From NCBI GenBank assembly GCA_910587375.1, contig CAJULR010000022.1, positions 8,431 to 72,430 on the forward strand: DNA of 64,000 bases. Reading direction: 5' to 3'. The notes under the pieces were generated by a model. That model did no database searches, was not told the DNA's origin, and was given only the letters and a program-made list of their open reading frames with translations. A program made the position numbers and the translations under genes. Below, in pieces: positions 25,985-34,099 of this stretch (positions are counted from its first letter, which is position 1; every line of letters begins with the position of its first letter). Source of the DNA: Candidatus Gastranaerophilales bacterium (GTDB lineage: Bacteria; Cyanobacteriota; Vampirovibrionia; Gastranaerophilales; Gastranaerophilaceae).

Positions 25985-28705
25985 ATGCAAAACAAGCAAA
26001 TCTGTAAGTTGGGCATACTTGCCCAACATCATTCAATGACAGCTGCTCAATCAACGAAAAAAGCAATCAACCAACGTGCAACCGTCACCCTGAACTTGAT
26101 TCAGGGTCTCAACCAACGTGCACCCCGTAGGTTGGGTTTTAACCCAACACCACCCCATGCTGCTTTCTCTCTTGTGGAAATGCTCATGGCCCTTCTTGTG
26201 GCCTCCCTGCTGCTTGCGGCCCTTGCCCCCGTTATGACAAAGAAAATGTCCGAAAATATAAACGTTAACGGCATTTCAGGCGGCGGCCATGCCCCTGCTG
26301 TCTTTAAATGTTGGGACTACGACAGCCCGGAACTCCAGCCTGCGGCGGACGGCAGCAACTATAAAGTCCTCCCCGAAGCCTATCCTGTGGATGACGCCTG
26401 GAATATTAATTTCATCCTTGCTTCAGGCGGCGGCGGAGGCGCCGGTGCCACAATTCCAAACGAAACAAGCCACAGTTTTGACGGCACGGGCGAATTAAAA
26501 ATCGAGCCTGAAATGGATGAAATAGACATTGTTTCAATGATTGGAGGCGGCGCAGGGGGCGGAGGAGGCGCCGCAGTATTTAGCTCTGCCACTTGCACAG
26601 GCGGCCCGTCAGAGGCCAAATGCGAGTGTATGGGCGCAACATACGACTCTGTAAATAAAGTTTGCGTTTCAAATAATTTAGGTTCAAAAAACTTAACAAA
26701 TGCAAAAACAGCATGCCAAAATGTTACACCTCTTAACAAATGGAGTTTGCCAACAACAAGCCAGCTTTCAAACTGGAAGACTAATACGCTGTATTCAACC
26801 CTTGGAATTATAAGCGGGCAGACAGTTTGGAGCCAAACAAGCGGCCAAGGAGCATGCTCTAGTAGCACTTCGACCTATAATTGCTATTACAATGGTGCAT
26901 ATAGAACAGGCTATGCAAGTGAAACAGAATGTTGCAGTGGGAGTAGTTATGGTAGCAAGAAGGGAGCATATGAGCCCAACAATAATTCTTGTGGTGTGTA
27001 TTGCGCTGCAAGAAATGTAACATCTTCCCCTGGAAGTGGCTGGTTTAAAGGCGATGGCCAAACTGCAACAAAATGCGGAGGAACGGGAGGATGTAATTGG
27101 GGTAGTACGGATTATTTTAAATGTGGAACCTGTCCTGATTCTGACACCTGTGCTTCCACTGTTACAACTTCTTGTTCTTCATATTATACAAACTACTACT
27201 TCTACCAACTCACAGGTTCGACCTGGTCCCAAAGTTATGCAACAGATAACACAGGCTCCAGACAGACTTATTGCGTATATAATGACTCCGCAAATGTCAC
27301 AGGTGAAAGCTTCTACTCCCTATCAGGCGGCGGAGGAGGTGGTGCGCCCGCAATTTCAGACAATAATTTCGATTCAAACATTTTAAATACATTTAGAAAA
27401 AGAGTTAAGGAAAACGCCGGCGGCTACCTTGAATTTCAGCGCGGCACAGGCGGAAACGGCGGCGACGCAAGTGCTTCTAAAAACCAAAAAGCAGGAAACG
27501 GCGCAGACGGCGGAGATACCTGTATTATCGTGAAAAACGCGGCACGCGCGTATAAATATAAACTTTGCGTTTCGGGCGGAAACGGCGGCGGGGGCGCAAA
27601 CGCCACCAAAGCAGATTCTTCAACCACAGGCTGGGGCTATGCAGGAGGCGAAAAGAATAACGCAAATGCTTGCTATGTCGTGGATTACACGGCAAATTCC
27701 GCAGGCGTGAAGACAGATTTTGACTGTGCATTAAAAGGAAAAGCCGGAGGGGCAGGCGGCGCCTCAACAAGCAACCCGACAGCGGGCGGAAAAGGCGCTG
27801 CAAGCGTATTAAACAGCACACAAGTTGGCGGAACTGCAGTAAAAGACGGGGTTAGCGCCTCAACTTCAAACTATGGCGCAGGCGGAGGCGGCGGCTCTGC
27901 CTCGAAAACAGGCTATGGCTCTTCAGCAACTCTTGCTTTTGGCAAGGGCGGAAACGGCGCGCCGGGGTATATCAAAATAAACTATAAGAAAAAATTCGCA
28001 GCAGCAGGCGGCGGAGGCGGAGGCGGAGGCTATGTTGCCCATATAAATAATATTACGGTCGGAAAAACCGCAACCTGTGAAATCAAAGTGGGATACGGCG
28101 GGGCAGGAGGCGCTGCCGGGATAAAAGGCTATGACGGCGGAGATTCAAGCGTCACTTGCTCAAATGCGCCAAATGTTACCTACAGAATTACGGGCGGAAA
28201 AGGCGGAGAATTAGGCAGCACAACAGCCGGCGGCCTTGGCGGAGAGGCAGGCACCTATGATGACACAGGGAACATCTTCACAAGGCTTTTCAGCCAGGGA
28301 AATTTCAGACAGGCTGCGGGCCTTGCCGGAAAACAAGGCGGGGCGGGCGATTCCGCAAACTTTAAGGCAAACGTTCGAAGCGCAGGCGGCAGAGGCGGCA
28401 CGGGCGGAACCGGCGAAAAGGGCAAATGCGGCGGTATTTATACAGAAAGCGGCGTTTGCGCCACAGTGCAGGCGGATGAGAATAACGACATAACCGAACC
28501 AAACCAGGACGCCTTGAACGGCGAGGGTTTTGGGGCAGGAGAAATTACAGCGCCCACAAAGGATGGCATAGTTGAGGCCACGCCAAAATACGGAAAAGCA
28601 GGCGCTGGCGGGGGCGGAGGGGCCTGGTATGTAGGCAAAAACCCTGGCCGCGGGGGTGCCGGCCAAGGCGGATATGTCTGCATTTATTGGGACAAGCTGG
28701 AGTAG
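25985..28705 (+). CDS. giant glycine-rich protein with type IV prepilin-like N-terminal segment and a central Cys-rich DUF1566-like insert
   Basis: HAA|FSLVEMLMALLVASLLLAALAPVMTK is nearly identical to the 987-aa protein. Gly-rich modules end in GYIKINYKK and GYVCIYWDK. The central part holds about 18 Cys and a KWSLPTTSQLSNW motif. The true start is uncertain (ATG 25985 with an AAGGA site upstream, or TTG 26132). Confidence 0.85.
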   Translation: MQNKQICKLGILAQHHSMTAAQSTKKAINQRATVTLNLIQGLNQRAPRRLGFNPTPPHAAFSLVEMLMALLVASLLLAALAPVMTKKMSENINVNGISGGGHAPAVFKCWDYDSPELQPAADGSNYKVLPEAYPVDDAWNINFILASGGGGGAGATIPNETSHSFDGTGELKIEPEMDEIDIVSMIGGGAGGGGGAAVFSSATCTGGPSEAKCECMGATYDSVNKVCVSNNLGSKNLTNAKTACQNVTPLNKWSLPTTSQLSNWKTNTLYSTLGIISGQTVWSQTSGQGACSSSTSTYNCYYNGAYRTGYASETECCSGSSYGSKKGAYEPNNNSCGVYCAARNVTSSPGSGWFKGDGQTATKCGGTGGCNWGSTDYFKCGTCPDSDTCASTVTTSCSSYYTNYYFYQLTGSTWSQSYATDNTGSRQTYCVYNDSANVTGESFYSLSGGGGGGAPAISDNNFDSNILNTFRKRVKENAGGYLEFQRGTGGNGGDASASKNQKAGNGADGGDTCIIVKNAARAYKYKLCVSGGNGGGGANATKADSSTTGWGYAGGEKNNANACYVVDYTANSAGVKTDFDCALKGKAGGAGGASTSNPTAGGKGAASVLNSTQVGGTAVKDGVSASTSNYGAGGGGGSASKTGYGSSATLAFGKGGNGAPGYIKINYKKKFAAAGGGGGGGGYVAHINNITVGKTATCEIKVGYGGAGGAAGIKGYDGGDSSVTCSNAPNVTYRITGGKGGELGSTTAGGLGGEAGTYDDTGNIFTRLFSQGNFRQAAGLAGKQGGAGDSANFKANVRSAGGRGGTGGTGEKGKCGGIYTESGVCATVQADENNDITEPNQDALNGEGFGAGEITAPTKDGIVEATPKYGKAGAGGGGGAWYVGKNPGRGGAGQGGYVCIYWDKLE
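26004..26148 (+). repeat. hairpin repeats H2a (26004-26030), H1 variant (26084-26110) and H2b (26127-26148) inside the annotated 5' end of the 906-aa ORF
   Basis: Direct matches to intergenic copies at 3916, 3624/4116/8194 and 45205. Confidence 0.85.
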
Positions 28706-28990
28706 GAAAATGGCTTCGACTAATGAACTTTAAATCCTGATTTGCAGACAACAAGATTTTAGATGAACAACTTTTCGGGTATTGATTTTGTAACCTTATC
28801 AATACCCTTTTTTTATGCCATAATATTTATAATGAACATAAATCTTGAAACGCTTAATACTTTTTGTTTAATAGCTTGGCTTTTGTTTATGTTTGGTTTT
28901 TGCACATATAAATACACAAGCCAAAACAAAAAGTACTCCCAAAAATAGTCTTTGGGTTATTAGATGTTTTTAAAGGCAGGTTAAATTTCC

Positions 28991-30031
28991 CTATGCCTTT
29001 TTCTTTATTGACTTTGAAACAATATTTAAGATGAAAAGTATTATTATAACAACGATTGCAAAGATGTAATATTTGCTTAAAGAGCCTGCAATTAAAATTG
29101 CGCTGATGGCGCAGGCAAAAGAAATTGAGGCTAAAATCAAAACCGCAACGTCTTGTGATAAGCCCGCGTGGAGCAATTTATGGTGAATGTGTTCTGAATC
29201 TGCCACAAAGGGGCTTTGGCCCTTCATAATCCTTCTTATGCTTGAATAAGCCACATCAAGCATAGGTACAGCCAAAATGAGCAAAGGCAAATACATTAAA
29301 TGCCCTGAAGTCTTTGCAACGCCTGTGATTGAAAGGGTTGCAAGCAAAAAGCCCGCATAAAGTGCGCCTGAATCGCCCATAAAGATTTTGGCCGGGTTGT
29401 AGTTATAGGTTAAAAACGCAAGCATAGCGCCCAAAAGGATGAACGCAACAAGTGCAGAGATAGGGGAGGCGGGCGATACCACCATTGAAATAATTCCTAT
29501 TGCAAAGGAACTTATGGTGACAACGCTTCCTGCAAGGCCGTCTATGCCGTCTATGAAATTGATTGCGTTTGAAATTCCTACAATCCAAAGGAGGGTTATT
29601 GGGTATGACCAAAAGCCAAGCTCAATCGGGTTTGAAAAGGGTGTGTAAATGCTCTCAATCCTTACGCCCAAAAGAATTACAACCGTTGCGATTGCAATTT
29701 GTATGAATAGTTTGAATTTGGCGTTAAGACAGTAAATATCATCCACAAGGCCCAAAAGAAACATTAAAGAGCCGCCTGCAATAATTCCTGAAAGCCCCTG
29801 TCCGTTTGGATATCGGCTTAGAAGCACCAAAGACAAAAATGTGAGCATAATGGATACCCAAATTGCAACCCCGCCAAGACGCGAAATCTTGCCGTGGTGG
29901 ATTTTTCGTTCGTTTGGAACATCCACAAGCCCTGCTTTGTCTGAAAAATATATTACAATTGGAACAATAAATACCCCCAAAAGGTATGCTATGATTGCTC
30001 CTAAGATTTGTGCTTCAGTTAATTTAATCAT
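28991..30031 (-). CDS. glycosyltransferase family 4 polyprenyl-phosphate sugar-1-phosphate transferase (WecA/MraY-like)
   Basis: Polytopic protein with DVPNERKIHHGKISRLGG, NAINFIDGIDGLA and HIHHKLL motifs. Confidence 0.9.
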   Translation of the reverse strand: MIKLTEAQILGAIIAYLLGVFIVPIVIYFSDKAGLVDVPNERKIHHGKISRLGGVAIWVSIMLTFLSLVLLSRYPNGQGLSGIIAGGSLMFLLGLVDDIYCLNAKFKLFIQIAIATVVILLGVRIESIYTPFSNPIELGFWSYPITLLWIVGISNAINFIDGIDGLAGSVVTISSFAIGIISMVVSPASPISALVAFILLGAMLAFLTYNYNPAKIFMGDSGALYAGFLLATLSITGVAKTSGHLMYLPLLILAVPMLDVAYSSIRRIMKGQSPFVADSEHIHHKLLHAGLSQDVAVLILASISFACAISAILIAGSLSKYYIFAIVVIIILFILNIVSKSIKKKA

Positions 30032-30209
30032 AAAACTATCCTGTTTTTTGAAATTATCTTTTGGTTTTCCTTGGCTTCAAATATTTGCAACGAAGACAGA
30101 GCGGTCTGTTGCACATCTTGAGCTTTGCGAGAGTTTAAAGCGGAGTGCTTCGCGACAGTCTTCTTGTGCAAATATTTTTTGCCTTAGAAAACTTGTTTTC
30201 GACATAATC

Positions 30210-31475
30210 TTAGCACAAAATATCAGGATACAACGGAAATTTTTCGCAAAGTTCAAGCGTTCTTTTCCTTAAATTTTCCTTTGTATCTGTGCCTTTAATT
30301 GTGTCTGCAATAATTTTGCCGATTTCAACCATCTCGTCTTCTTTGAATCCGCGTGTGGTTGCTGCAGGAACGCCAATTCTAACGCCTGACGTTACAAACG
30401 GGCTTTTCGGGTCGTTTGGAACAGTGTTTTTGTTTGCGGTAATTCCTACTTCTTCTAAGGAGTTTGAAATGTCTTTTCCTGTTTTGTCAAGACGTCTTAA
30501 ATCAACCGTCATAAGGTGATTTTGCGTATCAGAACCAACAATGTCAATTCCTTCTGCCATAAGTGTTTTGCACAATGTTTTTGCGTTTTTAATTATCTGT
30601 TTTGTATATTCTTTAAATTCGGGCGAGAGTGCTTCTTTTAAGGCAATTGCTTTTGCTGCAATAACATGTTCCAAAGGCCCGCCTTGAATTCCAGGGAATA
30701 CAGCTTTGTCTATTCCTTGTGCGTGTTCTTCTTTGCACATAATAATGCCGCCTCTTGGGCCACGCAAGGTTTTGTGAGTTGTTGTTGTGACAAAATCAGC
30801 GTATGGCACGGGGCTTGGGTGTTCACCCGTTGCAACAAGCGCTGCAATGTGTGCTATATCTGCCATTAAATATGTGCGGTCACCTTCGGGTTGAAGCGCA
30901 CTCACTTTGTCTGCAATTTCTTTAAATCTTTTAAAATCGATAATTTTAGAATAGTTTGAAGCACCTGCAATGATAAGTTTTGGTTTATTTTCAAGGGCAA
31001 GCTTTTCTAATTCGTCATAATTTATTTCGCCATTATCATCAATTCCGTAACTTACAATGTTGAAATAAAGTCCTGAAAAATTAACCGGAGAGCCGTGGGT
31101 TAAGTGTCCGCCGTTTGATAAATCCATTCCAAGAACGGTGTCACCTTGTTTTAAGGCGTACAAGAAAACTGCCATATTGGCTTGTGCGCCGGAGTGTGGC
31201 TGAACATTTGCATGGTCGCAGCCAAATAATTCACAGCACCTTTTTTGGGCCAATTCTTCAATTTTATCCACATTTTCACAACCGTTGTAAAATCTTTTGT
31301 AGGGCTTTCCTTCTGCATATTTATTTGTTAAAACACTTCCCTGTGCTGCCATAACGGCGGTTGATGTAAAGTTTTCGCTTGCAATAAGCTCAATTGTTTC
31401 CTGTTGTCTTTTTAATTCTGCTTTAATATGCTGTGCAACTTCAGGGTCTTTTTTCTTTATTATTTCAAATTCCAT
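30210..31475 (-). CDS. glyA: serine hydroxymethyltransferase
   Basis: [10 protein letters not shown] and the PLP site [14 protein letters not shown]. Confidence 0.97.
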   Translation of the reverse strand: MEFEIIKKKDPEVAQHIKAELKRQQETIELIASENFTSTAVMAAQGSVLTNKYAEGKPYKRFYNGCENVDKIEELAQKRCCELFGCDHANVQPHSGAQANMAVFLYALKQGDTVLGMDLSNGGHLTHGSPVNFSGLYFNIVSYGIDDNGEINYDELEKLALENKPKLIIAGASNYSKIIDFKRFKEIADKVSALQPEGDRTYLMADIAHIAALVATGEHPSPVPYADFVTTTTHKTLRGPRGGIIMCKEEHAQGIDKAVFPGIQGGPLEHVIAAKAIALKEALSPEFKEYTKQIIKNAKTLCKTLMAEGIDIVGSDTQNHLMTVDLRRLDKTGKDISNSLEEVGITANKNTVPNDPKSPFVTSGVRIGVPAATTRGFKEDEMVEIGKIIADTIKGTDTKENLRKRTLELCEKFPLYPDILC

Positions 31476-31599
31476 AATTCCTGGCCCTCCTCAAAAAAGT
31501 AAACTTTAAATTACCTTTATTTTACCTTAAAAATATTTCTTGGGGCAAAAAATAATATTTTGAAGGTTTAATAGATGGCAAAGTTTTGAAGGAATTAAA

Positions 31600-32154
31600 A
31601 TGAGAGTAAATAATATTAATTTAGCAGGAAGGCTTGCAGTCCCGAATTTTACCCGTGCAATCCAGGTTGTGTCTGATACAAACAGGGGCGGGGACGACGG
31701 TAAAATCGATAATTCAACAATGAGTGTTGTAAGGGTGCTGCAAAATAAGCCGACAACATACAGCGCCGATGTTTCAAGAAAAATAAACACATTTTTAAGG
31801 GCACAAATCGGGGATATTTCAAAAAGCAGGGTTTATCCAAGAAAAATAAACGGAAAAGTCTATATTTATACAGGCGAAGAGGCAAAAACTGCCCGTGCAA
31901 TTGATGTAGAGGCTAAAAGAAAAATGGAATCAGGGCTGGACATAGAAAACACCTTGAAAGAGCGGAACAAAAAGCTGCTTGCGCTTGTAGAAGACGGTTT
32001 GTTGGATGATAACGGTAATTCAAAGCCTGCAACTCAAATTACGCTTGATTTTGCGCAGGGCGGAAAATTGAACAGCATAGAATATTTTTGTATGAAATTT
32101 GATGATGAGGCCCAAGACGCTGAAAACATTGAAGAAAAGAAATTAACTCTATAA
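31600..32154 (+). CDS. hypothetical protein (184 aa)
   Basis: Track ORF. No recognised domain. Confidence 0.5.
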   Translation: MRVNNINLAGRLAVPNFTRAIQVVSDTNRGGDDGKIDNSTMSVVRVLQNKPTTYSADVSRKINTFLRAQIGDISKSRVYPRKINGKVYIYTGEEAKTARAIDVEAKRKMESGLDIENTLKERNKKLLALVEDGLLDDNGNSKPATQITLDFAQGGKLNSIEYFCMKFDDEAQDAENIEEKKLTL

Positions 32155-32215
32155 ATTTTGTTTGATGTAGAATATTTTTTGTGACGATATACAAGCTGAT
32201 TGGAAATTAACAACA

Positions 32216-34006
32216 ATGAGAAAAAAGAATATAAGAAATATAGCAATTATTGCCCACGTTGACCATGGTAAAACCACTCTTGTAGACTGCATTTTACAGC
32301 AGACAGGTGTTTTTAAAGAACACCAGGAAGCAGGGGTTAGGGTTTTAGATAACAACGACATTGAAAAAGAACGCGGAATTACGATTCTTTCAAAGAATAT
32401 TTCTGTTGATTATAAAGGCGTAAAAATTAACGTTGTAGATACCCCGGGCCACGCGGATTTTGGCGGCGAAGTTGAACGTGTTTTAGGTATGGTGGATGGA
32501 GCCCTCTTAATTGTGGACGCGCAGGAAGGCCCAATGCCCCAAACGCGCTTTGTGCTTTCAAAGGCGCTTGAACTTGGGTTAAAAATCATTGTTGTTGTAA
32601 ATAAAATCGACAAACAAGGTGCAGACCCAAATGGCACAATAGACAAGGTTTTTGATCTATTTACAGAATTAACGGATAATGAAGAACTGATTGATTTTCC
32701 GATAATTTATGCAAGTTCTCTTCAAAAGTTTGCAAAGAAAGAATTGACGGATGAAAACAAAGATATAATCCCATTGTTGGATTGCATTTTGGAAAATATC
32801 AAACCTCCCGTGGGGGATGATGAAGCAACCCTTCAATTCCAGGCAACGACGCTTGATTACAACGATTATGTCGGCCGTATTGCAATTGGCCGTATCATAA
32901 ACGGAAAAATGACATCAGGTGAAAATGTAACACTTATAAAGGCTGACGGTTCTTTTGAAAAAGGAAAAATCGTAAAACTTTTTGAATTCAAAGACCTTGG
33001 CCGTGTTGAAACGCAAACTGCTGAATCAGGGGATATTGTTGGTGTTGCAGGTTTTTCAGACATTCAAATCGGCGAAACTTTATCAGCCGTTGTAAATCCT
33101 GCCGCTCTGCCTTTAATTAAGGTAGATGAACCCACGCTCCAGATGAATTTCAGCGTAAATAATTCCCCGTTTGCAGGGCAGGAAGGTAAGTTTGTAACAA
33201 GCCGTCAGATTAGAAAACGTTTATACTACGAACTTGAAAAGAACGTTTCTCTAAGGGTTGAAGACACTGATTCTACTGATGTTTTCAGGGTTTCAGGACG
33301 TGGTGAACTCCATCTTGGTATTTTAATCGAAACAATGAGGCGTGAAGGCTATGAATTCCAGGTTTCAAAGCCCGAAGTTATCTTTAAAAAGGACGCAAGT
33401 GGCGAAACTTTAGAGCCTTATGAAAATTTAATCGTGGATGTGCCTGAAGAATACACAGGCTCTGTGATTGAAAAATTGTCCCAAAGAAAAGCGCAAATGC
33501 AAAATATGGAATCCGGCCCGAAAAGAAACAATATAGATTTTATAATTCCTGCCCGCGGCCTTATCGGTTTCAGGTCTGAATTTATCAGAATGACAAAGGG
33601 TGAAGGTATTATGTATCATACCTTTGAAAAATACGGGCCTTATGCAGGAGAAATGACACGCCCAAGAAACGGCTCTCTTATTGCCTTTGAAGAAGGAGAA
33701 GCAATTCCTTATGCTCTTCATCAGTTTGAAGATCGCGGCGTATTTTTTGTAACCCCGAAAACAAAAGTATACAAAGGTATGATTATCGGTGAATGCAACA
33801 GGCCGCAGGATATTGCAGTGAATATTTGTAAAACTAAAAAACTTACAAATATGAGAAGTGCAACAGCCGATGTTATGGTAACTCTGCAATCGCCAAGATT
33901 AATGTCTTTGGAAGATTGTCTTGAATATATTGCAGAAGATGAACTTGTTGAAGTAACTCCTGAAAATGTAAGGATCAGAAAGGCAAATCTTACAAAGATA
34001 AAATAA
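32216..34006 (+). CDS. typA: translational GTPase TypA/BipA
   Basis: [35 protein letters not shown] and NKIDK motifs. The ~600-aa length is typical of BipA. Confidence 0.95.
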   Translation: MRKKNIRNIAIIAHVDHGKTTLVDCILQQTGVFKEHQEAGVRVLDNNDIEKERGITILSKNISVDYKGVKINVVDTPGHADFGGEVERVLGMVDGALLIVDAQEGPMPQTRFVLSKALELGLKIIVVVNKIDKQGADPNGTIDKVFDLFTELTDNEELIDFPIIYASSLQKFAKKELTDENKDIIPLLDCILENIKPPVGDDEATLQFQATTLDYNDYVGRIAIGRIINGKMTSGENVTLIKADGSFEKGKIVKLFEFKDLGRVETQTAESGDIVGVAGFSDIQIGETLSAVVNPAALPLIKVDEPTLQMNFSVNNSPFAGQEGKFVTSRQIRKRLYYELEKNVSLRVEDTDSTDVFRVSGRGELHLGILIETMRREGYEFQVSKPEVIFKKDASGETLEPYENLIVDVPEEYTGSVIEKLSQRKAQMQNMESGPKRNNIDFIIPARGLIGFRSEFIRMTKGEGIMYHTFEKYGPYAGEMTRPRNGSLIAFEEGEAIPYALHQFEDRGVFFVTPKTKVYKGMIIGECNRPQDIAVNICKTKKLTNMRSATADVMVTLQSPRLMSLEDCLEYIAEDELVEVTPENVRIRKANLTKIK

Positions 34007-34099
34007 TTTACACTTCTTTACATGGAATAATTTTGAAAGCAATAAATTTTTATTTTACGCGTTTTTAAAGATATACATGTAAATAGGGCATAATTAAAA

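Noticed and set aside
26289-28802. Multiple overlapping ORFs on both strands within the 906-aa gene
   Set aside because: Same shadow-ORF artefact of a GC-rich, Gly-rich coding region. Only the long plus-strand frame carries the prepilin motif and consistent module structure.
28763-28948. 61-aa ORF with two hydrophobic stretches downstream of the 906-aa gene
   Set aside because: There is no convincing ribosome-binding site and no recognisable family. The AT-rich sequence easily yields such ORFs by chance. It is left unannotated but could be a small membrane protein.
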